A stretch of DNA of 41,352 bases from Sphyrna mokarran (Eukaryota), in NCBI GenBank assembly GCA_024679065.1, contig JAGIQG010000307.1, positions 1 to 41,352 on the forward strand. Direction: 5' to 3'. Under the pieces are notes generated by a model. The model was not told where the DNA came from, ran no database searches, and saw nothing but the letters and a program-made list of their open reading frames with translations. Below, one piece after another: positions 21,176-33,459 of the stretch; position 1 is the stretch's first letter, and the number at the start of each line of letters is the position of its first letter. Position numbers and translations under genes: made by a program.

Positions 21176-23064
21176 AGAACATAGAACATCGAACAATATA
21201 GCACAAACAGGCCCTTCGGCCTACGAGTTGCGCCTATCACATCTACCAATCCACAGACCTATATATAACCCCCTATCCCATTCGTTTTCATATATTCATC
21301 CAGAAGTTTTTTTTTAAAAGACCCCAGCGAGTTTGCCTCAACAACTTCCAACGGTAGCCGATTCCATTCACTCACCACCCTCTGAGTGAAAAACTTACCC
21401 CGAACATCCGCTCTGTATTTGCTTCTCTGCAACTTAAATCTGTGTCCTCTCGTAGTGACCATTTCAGCCCTGGGAAATAGTCTCTGAGAGTCCACCCTAT
21501 CTATTCCTTACAACATTTTATAAACTTCTATCAGGTCGCCTCTCAACCTACGTCTCTCCAGTGAGAAGAGTCCCAGCTCGCTCAACCTATCTTCATAAGG
21601 CCTGCCTCCGAATCCAGGCAGAAACCTTGTAAATCTCCTCTGCACTCTCTCAATAGCCTCTACATCCTTCCTATAGTGAGGCGACCAGAACTGGGCACAA
21701 TACTCCAAGTGGGGTCTGACAAGAGTCTTATAGTACTGCATCATTACCTCCTGACTCCTAAAGTCTATTCCTCGATTAATGAAGGCCAGTACACCGTAAG
21801 CCTTCTTGACCACTTCCTCCACCTGCGAGGCCGATTTGAGAGTCCTATGGACCCGGACCCCGAGATCCTTCTGCTCTACAACACAGCTCAGACTCCTACT
21901 CCTATTGGTCCTTTGGTCGGCACAACATCGAAGGCCGAAGGGCCTGTTCTGTGCTGTAATGTTCTATGTCCTTATATTGTACTCCTTCATCCCATTATTC
22001 CTGCCAAAATGGACCACTACACATTTATCCGCGTTGAAGTCCATCTGCCACTTCTCCGCCCAGTCTTGCATCCTGTCTATGTCCCGCTACAACTTTTGAC
22101 AGCCCTCCAGACCATCCACAACATCACCGACTTTGTATTGTCGGCGAACTTACTAAACCATCCCTCCACTTCCTCATCCAGGTCATTTATGAAAATGACA
22201 AACAGCAGGGGACCCAGAACAAATCCTTGGGGCACTCCACTGTTTACCAAACTCCATGCAGAACAAAACCTATCCACAACCACTCTCTGTCTTCTGCCGG
22301 CAAGACAGTTCTGGATCCACGAGGCCAAAGCCCCTTGGATCCCATGCCCTCTCACCTTCTCCAGAAGCCTTGCATGGGGGACCTCATCAAACGTCTTGTT
22401 AAAGTCCATGTACACTACGTCCACTGCTCTTCCTTCGTCAATGTGTTCAGTCACATTTTCGAAGAACTCAACTCGGCTCGTAAGGCATGACCTGCCCTTG
22501 ACAAAACCATGCTGACTATTTCTAATCAGTCCAAACTTCTCCAAATGTTCATAAATCTTATCCTTCAGAAGCCTCTCCATCAGCTTACCAACCACTGAAG
22601 TCAGACTCACCGGTCGGTGACTTCTGGGCTATCCCTGTTCCCTTTCTTAAAGATAGGAGCCACATCCGCAATCCTCCAATCCTCCGGAACCTCTCCCGTT
22701 TCCATGGACGACGCAAAGATCATCGCCAGGTGCTCCGCAATCGCTTCTCTCACCTCCCACAATAACCTGGGATACATCCCATCCGGTCCCGGCGACTTGT
22801 CTATCTTGATAGAATTTAACAGGTCTAACACATCCTCTTTCCTAACTTCCACATACTCAATCTTTTCCGTTTGCCTCAAACCTGCAGTACAACCTCCCAG
22901 TTCACTTTCTACCGTGAATACCGAGGCAAAGTACTCATGAAGCACCTCTGCCATTTCTTCCGGATTCACACAGACGTTTCCCCCTTCACCTTTTATAGGT
23001 CCTACCCCTTCTCGTCTCATCCTTTTACTTTTGACATATTTGTAGAAGGCCTTGGGATTCTCCT
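21176..23064 (-). mobile_element. CR1-B, 1.9 kb, inserted in the 33-bp array
   Basis: ORFs 22607-23020, 22077-22610, 21508-21822 and 21259-21495. Tail AGAACATAGAAC at ~21176. Confidence 0.93.
21901..21969 (+). mobile_element. ~65-bp CR1-A 3'UTR tip nested inside CR1-B
   Basis: TTGGTCGGCACAACATCGAAGGCCGAAGGGCCTGTTCTGTGCTGTAATGTTCTATG interrupts the host GACTCCTAC|CCTTATATTG. Confidence 0.85.
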
Positions 23065-25250
23065 TGTGGAATTGTAGTGTATTGTGTTCGAATGAGAAGT
23101 AGAATCATTTTGTGCAGTGTTACATTGAGTTGTGGAATCATGTTGTGTTATATTAGAGTGAGATGTGAAATCGTTTGCGTTATATTGAGATGTGAAATCA
23201 TATTGTGTTTTGTCAGGTTGACATGATGAATCATATTGTGTTGGATTAGATTGAGATTTGCAATTGTTTTTTTTATTGTATAACAATTAAATATAGTGTT
23301 GTATTAGATTGAGACGTGGAGTCATATTGTGTTGTTTAAGAGTGAGATGTTGGATTGTTCTATGTTGTATTACATTGAAATTTGGAATCATATTTGTGTT
23401 GTATTAGATTGAGATTTGAAATCATACTGTGTTGTATTAAATTGAGATGTGGAATCATATTGGGCACTGTTCGACTGAAATGTGGAATCATATTCAGATG
23501 CATTAGATTGAGATTTGGAATCACATTGTCTTATGTTAAATTGGAATTTGGAATCATATTGTGTTTTATTAGATTGAGATGTGAAATTGTATTGTGTTGT
23601 GGTCAGTTGAGATGTAGAATCATATTATATTTTATTAGATTGAAATGCGGAATCATATTGTGATGTATTAGCTAGAGATGTTGAATTGCTTTTTTATTGT
23701 ACTAGATTGAGATGCAGAATCATATTGTGCTATATTACATTGAGATGTGGAATCATATTGTGTTAGATTGAGATTCGGAATCATAGAGAGTTGTATTTGG
23801 TTGAGTTGTGGAATCGTATTGTGTTAGATTGAGAAATGGAATCATATTGAATTGCATTAGAATGAGTCGTAGAATCATATTGTGCTGTACTAGAGTGAGA
23901 TGTGGAATCATATTGCGTTGAATTAAATTGGGGCGTGGATTTACACAGTGATGTGTTAAACAGAGATGTAGAATCATATATTGTGCTGTGTTACATTGAG
24001 ATGTAGAGTCATGATGAGTTATATTAAATTGAGATGAGGAATCATACTATGTTGCTTATATTGAGATGCAAAATCGTACTATATTCTATGAGATTGATAT
24101 ATGGAATCGTATTTTGTGGTATGTGATTGAGATATGGAATTGCACTGTTTTGTATTAGATTGAGATGAGGAATCTTTTTGTGTTATACTAAGTTGATATG
24201 TGAAATCATGTTGTGTTCAATTACATTGAGATGTGGAATCATATTGTTAGACGTATGAGATTCTCATGTGGAATCGTATTGCTTAATAATATATTGAGAC
24301 GTGGAAACACATTCTGATCTATAAGGTTGAGATTAGGAATCATTATATTGAAACATAAAATTGTTCCAGATTGATATATGGAATCCTACTGTATGAGATT
24401 GAGATATGTAATCGCATTGTTTTGTGTAAGATTGAAACGTGGAATCGTATTGTGTTATATTAAGTTGACAAAGTTAACTTGGAATCATGTTGTGTTCAAT
24501 GAAATTAAGATGTGGAAGCATATTGAGTTGAGTTGTATAGTGTTGTGGTCAAATGAGATGTAGAATCATATTTTATTAGATTGAGATGTATAATCATACT
24601 GTGATATACTAGTTTGATATGTTGAATCTTTTTTATTGTATTAGATTGAGATGTAAAATCATACTGAATTGCATTAGATTGTGTTGTGGAATCGTATTGT
24701 GTTAGATTGAGATGTAGAATCATATTGTGTAGTTGTATTAGATTTTGATGTGGAATCATATTGAGTTGCATTAGCCTGAGATGTGAAATCATGTTGTGTT
24801 TTATTGGATTGAGGTATAGAATCATATTATGTTTATTAGTTTGAGATGTGGAATCATATTGTGTTTATTAGATTGGGATGTAGAATTATATTGTGTTTAT
24901 TAGATTGAGAAGTGGAACTATGTCGAGTTTTTGCAATCATACTGTGTTACATGAGGTTGTGATGTGGAACCATGCTGAATTTTAATAGAGTGAGCTTTGG
25001 AATCATATTGTGTAGTAATAGATGAAAATAAGGAATCACACTGTGTTGTACAAATTAAGACATGGAATCATATTGTGTTGTATTGGATTGAGATGTGGAA
25101 TCATCTTGTGTCGTTGTATTAGGTTGAGATGTGAATTGCGTTCTGTTGTACTAGATTGGGATGTGGAATCGTATTGTGTTGTATTAAATTGATATATAAA
25201 ATCATATTTGTTGTATTATATTGAGATGTGAAATTGTATTTTGTTGTTTT
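23065..25250. repeat. 33-bp tandem minisatellite, right part
   Basis: Same consensus as 20375-21175. Confidence 0.9.
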
Positions 25251-25254
25251 ATGT

Positions 25255-25985
25255 ACACTATCAAAGGTAGGAGTCTTAGCTGTGTGGAAGAGCAGACGGA
25301 TCTTGGGGTCCGGGTCCATAACACTCTCAAATCGGCCTCCCAGGTGGAGGATGTGGTTAAGAAAGCTTACGGTGTACTGGCCTTCATTTATCGAGGGATT
25401 GAGTTCAGGAGTCAGGAGGTAATGCTGCAGCTTTATAGGACCCTTGTCAGACCACATTTGGAGTACTGTGCGCAGTTCTGGTCGCCTCACTATAGGAAGG
25501 ACGTGGAAGCTATTGAAAGGGTGCAGAGGGGATTTACAAGGATGTTGCCTGGATTGGGAGGCATGCCTTATGAAGACAGGTTGAGGGAGCTGGGACTGTT
25601 CTCCCTGGAGAGACGAAGGTTGAGAGGCGACCTGATAGAGGTTTACAAGATGTTGAGAGGAATAGATAGGGTAGACTCTCAGAGACTATTTCCCAGGGCT
25701 GAAATGGTCGCGACGAGAGGGCACAGATTTAAGGTGCAGGGAAGCAAGTACGGAGGGGATGCTAGGGGTAATTTTTTCACTCAGAGGGTGGTGATTGATT
25801 GGAATCGGCTGCCGTCGGTGGTGGTCGAGGCGAACTCGCTGGGGTCTTCTAAAAGACTTCTGGATGAGTACATGGGATTAAGTGGAATTGGGAGTCACAG
25901 ATAGTTCTATGGCCTAATAGGTATTGGTATGATTGTCACAACTTGTGGGCTGAAAGGCCTGTTTGTGTTTTATGTTCTATGTTTT
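25255..25985 (+). mobile_element. CR1-B 3' fragment
   Basis: ORF 25221-25904 C-terminal CR1 motifs and 3'UTR. Confidence 0.9.
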
Positions 25986-26289
25986 ATGAATTTGTTTGCT
26001 TTGCGTGTGAAAACTTGCCAAAAGTTTTGCTGAAATTCATATAAACCATAACAATTGGACGACCCTCGTCAACACACCTGCTAAACCCCACACAAAATTC
26101 AGTTAAATTAGTCAGGCATGCCCTCCCTCTGCAAACGCCAAGCTGACTCCTTGATCAAGTGTTACCTCTCAAAGTGGAGGTAGATGTTTTCCTTCAGCAT
26201 TTTCTCCAATTGTTTCCCTGCAGTTGATTTGAAGATTCGCAGAAGTAGAGGATTTGCATGTGGAGACTTTGCACATATGGAACAGGGAT

Positions 26290-26578
26290 TCATAGAACCC
26301 GATAGTGCAGAAAGAGGCCCTTCGGTCCATCGAGTCTGCACCGAACACAATTCCATCCAGGCCCTATCCCCATATCCCTACATATTATACCGACCAATCT
26401 TCTAACCTACGCATCCCTAGACACGGAGCAGCAATTTCTTAGCATGACCAATCAACCTAGCCCGCACATCCTTGGACTGTGGCAGGAAACCAGAGTTCCC
26501 GGGGGGAACTCACGTAGACACAAGGAGAATCAAACCCAGGACCCTGGAGCTGAGAAGCAGCAGTTCTAACCACTGTGC
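26290..26578 (-). mobile_element. HE1-type SINE
   Basis: Antisense of GCACAGTGGTTAGAACTGCTGC head, TCCAAGGATGTGCGGGCTAGG core and CR1-like tail. Confidence 0.7.
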
Positions 26579-26652
26579 TTTTGTACCATCCATTTGTACC
26601 CGGAAATGATTCACACATGGAAATGATTCACACGGAAAGTGCGTGCATCTTA

Positions 26653-27093
26653 CGTTTGGAGTTAAACCCATTCAGGTACTCAGAGAGGGCGGACTTCATC
26701 CCTGGAGGACAGGGTGATATTCTAGTGACACAGACGGGCAGGAGCCTGGAAAGAACCTCATTCTGATGAGTGACAAATGTGGAGTGAGTTTGTATTATGA
26801 GAGTGTATGAACCTGCTACAACTCCCAAACTGTAAGCCTGAGGTTGCAAATATTCAGAACCTGCTGAGGAACTAACTCTGACAAAATTTGCAATGTTGGT
26901 GTGTTACAATACTGGGAGGATTTGAAAACAGGGATGATCATTGACCTCCAACCTCAGATGCAACTACCTAACCCCCATCGATGACCTCCCAATCCCACTG
27001 AACGAGTCCAATTTCAGAGGACTGTTGATCCCACCTCTGCTTTCTCTCTGTGGCTGAGAGGGCCAAGGTCGTGAGAAACAGCAGGAGAATCAT
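26653..27093 (-). pseudogene. Possible decayed signal peptide plus Ig V-type (CD2/CEACAM-like) exon
   Basis: ATG at 27093 gives MILLLFLTTLALSATE..., then fragments in shifting frames: AEVGSTVL, EIGLVQWDW, RVSSSAGS/LNICNLRLT/AGSYTLII. Donor C|GTAAGA at 26653. Multiple stops and frameshifts. Confidence 0.3.
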
Positions 27094-27294
27094 TGTATTA
27101 CTTAATTATAACCCATAGACCGTTATACAATTGTTCACAAGTTATACGACCCACACACCCGTTCAACTTACTTGGAGGGCAGTGTCTCACATATCTGTGA
27201 ATTGATCACATTACATATGTGTCCAATTCAGGCCCGTGTATTATTTCAACTGAGTCCAATGTTTCCAGACCTCATTAACACTTCCTGCATTAGC

Positions 27295-27515
27295 ACTGCA
27301 ACGAAGTTACTGTGAACATTCCCAAGTCGCTGCAATCCAGCGCCTTTTTGGGTACACTGACGGAACATTTAGGATGGCCAATTCACCTAATCATCGCGTT
27401 CTTTTGACTGTGGTAGGGTACAAAAACAACGAGAAGAAACGTAGATGCCTTACAGGCAGAGGCCCACGCCGGAAAAGGAACATGAGTTTCTGGTTTTGTG
27501 AGTTAGCAGTGATTC
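27295..27515 (-). mobile_element. HE1-type SINE remnant
   Basis: Antisense homology to 15640-15780. Confidence 0.55.
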
Positions 27516-27639
27516 TCTAATGCCTCGACGGCGACATTATAAATGGACAACTCTTAAACAGAGAGACTTAACATCGGCCTTTCACATTCAATGACATCAT
27601 CCTCCCTGAATCCCCCACTTCCAACCATTAAATAGAAAC

Positions 27640-27995
27640 AGAACTGCGGACACAAGAGCAGATTCGAAGCGAGGTTAACTCAGCTACTGTACCCCAAAGT
27701 AAGGAACAAGTCTGGAAATGGAATCTTCTCCACATGTCAGAATAAGCGCCGCTCCAAAACCAATCAAGGGCTCCACACCACCGAGGGTGAAGCAGCCTCA
27801 TTCACTTACCACCCCATTCATAAACCCTCGCTCCATCAACCACTGACACACAACGGCAACGGTGTGCAGGTTAAAGAAGATGCACTGTAACAACTCACAT
27901 AAGCTCCTTGGACAACACCTCCTAAACACATGCCCTCTAGCGTCGAGAAGGACAAGGGCAGCAGGTTAACGGGAATATCACTTGCAAGTTTCAGA
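27640..27995 (+). mobile_element. Old non-LTR retroposon 3' fragment (related antisense copy ~41000-41265)
   Basis: AAGATGCACTGTAACAACTCACATAAGCTCC...AGAAGGACAAGGGCAGCAG...ATATCACTTGCAAGTT has a reverse-complement counterpart near 41140-41260. Confidence 0.45.
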
Positions 27996-28077
27996 AGTTA
28001 AAATGCTTAAGAGAGGAACAAATGAACCATTTGTGCAAATCATGTTATTCATAAATAAATTTGGTAGACAGTTCATT

Positions 28078-29121
28078 AGGGTGGTGGTTGATGGGAGATA
28101 TTCTTCGTGGAGTTCGGTGACAAGTGGTGTACCTCAGGGGACTGTTTTGGGGTCCCTGCTGTTTGTAATTTTTATAAATGATCTGGATGAGGGTATTGAA
28201 GGATGGATTAGTAAATTTGCAGATGACACTAAAGTCGGTGGAGTGGTAGATAGTGAAGAAGGGTGTTATAGTTTGCAGAGAGACTTGGACAAGTTGCAGA
28301 GCTGGGCCGAGGTGTGGCAAATGGAGTTTAATGCGGAAAAGTGTGAGGTAATTCACTTTGGCAGGAATAAGAAATGTGTAGAGTATAGGGCTAATGGTAG
28401 GACTCTTAATAGTGTTGATGAACAGAGGGATCTTGGTGTATGTGTGCATAGATCCCTGAAGGTTGGCAATCAAGTCGATAAGTTTGTTAAGAAGGCATAT
28501 GGAGTCTTAGCTTTTATTGGTAGGGGGATTGAATTTCGGAGCCGCAACATCATGTTGCAACTGTACAAAACTCTAGTGCGGCCGCACTTGGAGTATTGTG
28601 TACAGTTCTGGTCCCCACATTATAAGAAGATGTGGAGGCATTGGAGAGGGTACAGAGGAGGTTTACCAGGATGTTGCCTGGTATGGAGGGCAGGTCCTAT
28701 GGAGAGAGGTTGAAGGATTTGAGGTTGTTTTCGTTAGAAAGGAGGCGGCTAAGGGGGGATCTTATTGAAACATAGAAGATAATTAGAGGTTTGGATAGGG
28801 TGGACAGTGATAGCCTTTTTCCTAGGATGGAAAAAGCTAGCACGAGGGGACACAACTTTAAATTAAGGGGTATGAGTTATAGGACGGATATCAGAGGTAG
28901 GTTCTTTACTCAAGAGTGATTAGGGAGTGGAATGCCCTGCCTGCAGCTGTTGTAGATGCGCCAAGTTTGGTGGCGTTTAAGAGGTTAATTGATAAGTATA
29001 TGGAAGAGAAGGGAATGGTTTAGTTAGGGGGGGCATTGCTTTTTATTTTGGTCGGCACAACATCGAAGGCCGAAGGGCCTGTTCTGTGCTGTATTGTTCT
29101 ATGTTCTATGTTCTATGTTCT
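28078..29121 (+). mobile_element. CR1-A, 5'-truncated
   Basis: ORF 27982-28713 RT motifs, 3'UTR and tail. Followed by an older CR1 3' piece at 29122-29495. Confidence 0.94.
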
Positions 29122-29722
29122 AGATAGAGGTGTATGAGATTTTGATGGGTATAGTTAGAGTCAATGCAAGCATACTTTTTACACTGAGGCTAGGGGAGAA
29201 ATAAAGCCTGATCGCATGGGTTAGCGGTGAAAGGAGAAAAGTTTAAAGGGAATATTAGGGGGAGGGCGGCTTCTTCATGCAGAGACTGATGGGAGTGTGG
29301 AACGAATTGCCAGATGAAGTGGTAAATGCGGGGTCATTGTTAACATGTAAGAAATTCTTGGACAGGTACATGGATGAGAGGGGTGTGGAGGGATATGGTC
29401 CAAGTGCAGGTCAGTGGGACTAGGCAAAAAAATGGTTCACCTCAGACAAGAAGGGCCAAAAGGCCTATTCCTGAGTTATAATTTTCTATGGTTCTAACAG
29501 TGATTTGCCTCCTCCTTCTTCTCCTCCTCGCTACTTCGTGGGGTTTGTCGTTCAGGGTAAATGTGGGAGAGAGGCAAGTCACAAGAGGTCAAGGCCGGGG
29601 ACCTGCTGGCAAAGATTGAGATGTGTCTTAATACCCTCAGCAACTCATGATACTGTTAGGAGTTGTTTTAGGGTCCAAAAACCTGCAATTGCTTCATATT
29701 GTACCACCTGGCCTTCCCAAGA

Positions 29723-31667
29723 GTTATAGAGTTATAGAACATTACAGCGCAGTACAGGCCCTTGGCCCTCGATGTTGCGCCAGCCAGTGGACCCTCTAAC
29801 CCTCTAACTGGAGGATGGCGAATGTGGTCCCATTGTTTAAGAAGGGGAAGAGAGACCTTCCTGGGAATTATAGGCCAGTGAGTCTTACTTCTGTGGTGGG
29901 CAAGGTATTGGAGAGAATTATTAGGGACAGGATTTATAGTTATTTAGAGAGAAATGAATTGATTGGGGATAGTCAGCATGGTTTCGTGAAGGGTAGGTCA
30001 TGCCTTACTAACCTCATTGAGTTTTTTGAGAAATTGACCAGAGAGGTGGATGGGGGTAAGGCGGTTGATGTAGTATATATGGACTTTAGTAAGGCGTTTG
30101 ATAAGGTGGCCCATGGAAGACTTCTGCAGAAAATGCAGATGTATGGGATAGAGGGTGATTAGCTAATTGGGTTAGGAATTGGCTAGCAGATAGAAGACAG
30201 AGGGTGGTGGTTGATGGGAGATATTCATCGTGGAGTTCGGTGACGAGTGGTGTGCCTCAGGGGTCTGTTTTGGGCCCCCTGCTGTTTGTAATTTTTATAA
30301 ATGATCTGGATGAGGGTATTGAAGGATGGATTAGTAAATTTGCAGATGACACTAAAGTCGGTGGAGTGGTAGATAGTGAAGATGGGTGTTATAGTTTGCA
30401 GAGAGACTTGGACAAGTTGCAGAGCTGGGCTGAGAGGTGGCAAATGGAGTTTAATGTGGAAAAGTGTGAGGTAATGCACTTTGGCAGGAATAATAAATGT
30501 GTAGAGTATAGGGCTAATGGTAGGATCCTTAATAGTGTTGATGAACAGAGGGATCTTGGTGTATTTGTGCATAGATCCCTGAAAGTAGGCAGTCAAGTCG
30601 AGAAGGTTGTTAAGAAGGCATATGGAGTCTTAGCTTTTATTGGTAGGGGGATTGAATTTCGGAGCCGCAACGTCATGTTGCAACTGTACAAAACTCTAGT
30701 GCGGCCGCACTTGGAGTATTGTGTGCGTTCTGGTCCCCACATTATAAGAAAGATGTGGAGGCATTGGAGAGGGTACAGAGGAGGTTTACCAGGATGTTGC
30801 CTGGTATGGAGGGCAGGTCCTATGAAGAGAGGTTCAAGGATTTGAGGTTGTTTTCGTTAGAAAGGAGGCGGCTAAGAGGGGATCTTATTGAAGCATATAA
30901 GATGATTAGAGGTTTAGATAGGGTGGACAGTGATAGCCTTTTCCTAGGATGGAGAAAGCTAGCACGAGGGGACACAGCTTTAAATTAAGGGGTATGAGTT
31001 ATAGGACGGATATCAGAGGTGATGGGGGAGCTTGTTCTTTATCACATCAAAGTGTGTGTTGTTTTTGGAGTGGTGTATTGCCCTGCCTGCTAGTCTTTTG
31101 TTGTAGACCTTGCGGGCCTAGTTTGGTTGGCGTCTTTCAAGCGGTTTAGGTTGATAAGCTATATGTGATGCATGTCGAGGTATACTGTGGAATGTTGTAG
31201 TTTGTGTGCGAGTTGTGCGCATGGTGTTTTGACCTTTTTTATTTTGGTCGGCACAACATCGAAGGCCGAAGGGCCTGTTCTGTGCTGTATTGTTCTATGT
31301 TCTATGTTCTATTCCAATACCATCCATATGCCTATCCACCGACCATTTAAATGCCGCCAAAGTAGGCGAGTCCACAACTGCTGCAGGCAGGGCGTTCCAC
31401 GCCCTCACCACCCTCTGTGTAAAGAACCTGCCTCTGACATCCATCCTATAACTACCACCTCTTAATTTAAAGTTATGTCCCCTCGTGTTGGTCATCACCA
31501 TCCGAGGAAAAATGCTCTCACTATCCACCCTATCCAGTCCTGTGATCATCTTATACGCCTCAATTAGGTCACCGCATAACCTTCTTCTCTCTAATGAAAA
31601 TAACCTCAGGTCCCTCAGTCTTTCCTCATAAGGCCTTCCCACCATACCAGGCAACATCCTGGTAAAG
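29723..31667 (-). mobile_element. CR1 3' fragment (31310-31667 plus tail 29723-29807), interrupted by a + strand CR1-A
   Basis: ORF 31295-31657 is the CR1 C-terminus. Its 3'UTR/tail (antisense GGCCCTCGATGTTGCGCC, ATAGAACATTACAGC) lies at 29723-29790. Confidence 0.8.
29808..31310 (+). mobile_element. CR1-A, 1.5 kb
   Basis: ORFs 29815-30162 and 30204-30845. Tail TTCTATG at ~31290-31310. Confidence 0.93.
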
Positions 31668-31977
31668 GTCCATCAGCACCCTGTTAGTAGATGGGCTTGC
31701 GTGGCCTACCACTGAGTCAACCCCGTGTAACTGGGGGCAGCAGTGTGCCTAGCTGGAAACGCTGAAGCATAACCTGTTGGCCGTTTTCATGTTCGATGGC
31801 GTACAGTTTGCCATCAAAGTATGCCTTCCTTATTCTTCCCTTTTCCCATTTTAACAGCCGCTGTCTATTCTACAGCCTGAATGTTTTCGAGCAATGTTTG
31901 GACTGTGATCTCCTGCTTGCGGACGAAGAGCTAGTATTCTCATAAATCCAGATCTGGCAGGAGATAAATTCCACCTG

Positions 31978-32060
31978 GTGTGTGGTGTGTGTGTGTGTGT
32001 GTGTGTGTGTTGTTGTGTGGTGGTGTGTGTGGTAGTGTAGGGGGGTGGGGGTTGGGGGGG
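31978..32060. repeat. (TG)n / G-rich simple repeat
   Basis: Direct reading. Confidence 0.8.
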
Positions 32061-32249
32061 TCAGTCTTTACTCAACTAACCTGCTATTCAAGTCTTAAAG
32101 ATGCCACCAATGTAAGTGGACAGAACATTAAGCACAGGTTAAAAAATGTGCATTATCTCCAGACAGTGCAGTACTGTACTACTTGAATAGCAGGTTTTTT
32201 GTAAAAACTCGCATTCTAGTCAGTAATCTGTAAACTGTCTGTGCTGTTA

Positions 32250-32410
32250 TATGTTCTGTCTGAGGCCAGAACTCTCCATTCTGCTGACGAAGTGCAAACC
32301 CCGAAAGCTTGTGAGTTTACTATCAAATAAATCGGTTGGACTTAAACCTGATGTTGCCAGACTTTTTACTGTGTTTACCTAAGACCAACGTCGGCATCTC
32401 CACATTGTGA
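32250..32410 (+). mobile_element. Penelope-like element terminal remnant (second copy)
   Basis: Highly similar to 3968-4125, including CTGACGAAGTGCAAACCCCGAAAGCTT. Confidence 0.6.
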
Positions 32411-32529
32411 AATGGCCACTCAAGGAAGGGTAATTAGAACCGACATACCACACTTCCCTTATCAGCAATGCAAAGTTGTGAATAAAGGCCATGCAAATCA
32501 GCTCTGGGCTGGAACAAAATAGATATGTA

Positions 32530-33173
32530 CATAGAACATAGAACATTACAACACAGAAAAGGCCCTTCGGCCTTCGATGTTGCGCCGATCATTATGAAAA
32601 GCAATGGCACTCCAAACTAAACCATTCCCTTCTCTTCCATAAACTTATCAACTAATCTCTTAAACGCCACCAAACTTGGTGCATCTACAACTGCCGTAGG
32701 CAGGGCATTCCACTCCCTAACCACCCTCTGGGTAAAGAACCTACCTCTGATATCCGTCCTATAACTATCACCCCTTAATTTAAAGCTGTGTCCCCTCGTG
32801 CTAGCTTTCTCCATCCTAGGAAAAAGGCTATCACTGTCCACCCTATCTAAACCTCTAATCATCTTATATGATTCGATAAGGTCTCCTCTTAGCCGCCTCC
32901 TTTCTAACGAAAACAACCTCAAATCCCTCAGCCTCCCTTCATAAGACCTGCCCTCCATACCAGGCAACATCCTGGTAAACCTCCTCTGTACCCTCTCCAA
33001 TGCCTCCACATCTTTCTTATAATGCGGGGACCAGAACTGCACACAATACTCCAAGTGCAGCCGCACTAGAGTTTTGTACAGTTGCAACATGACGTTGTGG
33101 TTCCGAAATTCAATCTCCCTAACAATAAAAGCTAATACTCCGTATGCCTTCTTAAGAACCTTATCGACTTGAC
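32530..33173 (-). mobile_element. CR1-A 3' fragment
   Basis: ORF 32617-33204 and tail. Confidence 0.93.
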
Positions 33174-33179
33174 TGTTAT

Positions 33180-33455
33180 ATGTAGAGTGTACAGGAAGTT
33201 TCACTCAACATATAACCCTGGGCTGTATCTGTCCTGCGAGTGCTTGATGGAGCAGTATAGAGGGAGATTTATTCTGCATCTTATTCCATGCTCGACTTTT
33301 CCTGGGAGTGATTGATGGAGACAGGATAGAAGGAGCTTATTCTGTATCTTATCCCTGCTTACCTGCACTGCCATGGATTAATGGGGGGTAGTTTAGGGGG
33401 AAGTTTAGTTACGATCTAATCCCATGCTCTATGTGTCCTGAGAGAGCCGATGTAG
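33180..33455. repeat. Degenerate ~68-bp tandem repeat
   Basis: CCTGGGAGTG..TGATGG..ACAG..TAGA.GGAG..TTATTCTGTATCT recurs at 33233 and 33301, with further decayed units. Confidence 0.55.
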
Positions 33456-33459
33456 ATGT

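Larger units (their letters stand above)
29668..31900 (-). mobile_element. Degraded LTR-retroelement (Gypsy/retrovirus-like) integrase C-terminus, split by nested CR1s (pieces ~31668-31900 and ~29668-29720)
   Basis: Minus strand reads RKAYFDGKLYAIEHENGQQVMLQ...TLLPP/SYTG/DSVVGHASPSTNRV, then after the insertion GKARWYNMKQLQVF-stop. This resembles the KxxYD...GDxV...LxPxxxGPY...YxV...WxHxxQLKxY GPY/F module. Confidence 0.5.

Noticed and set aside
21676-22515. 279-aa antisense ORF and similar antisense ORFs in other CR1 copies
   Set aside because: Shadow frames of the RT coding strand with no independent protein motifs.
20375-25250. CRISPR-like array or Cys-rich repeat protein
   Set aside because: Head-to-tail degenerate units without unique spacers, eukaryotic context, and frequent stops in all frames.
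31020-31235. Apparently novel sequence within a CR1-A 3' end
   Set aside because: It is the CR1 consensus peppered with insertions, typical of low-quality read consensus; a likely assembly artefact.
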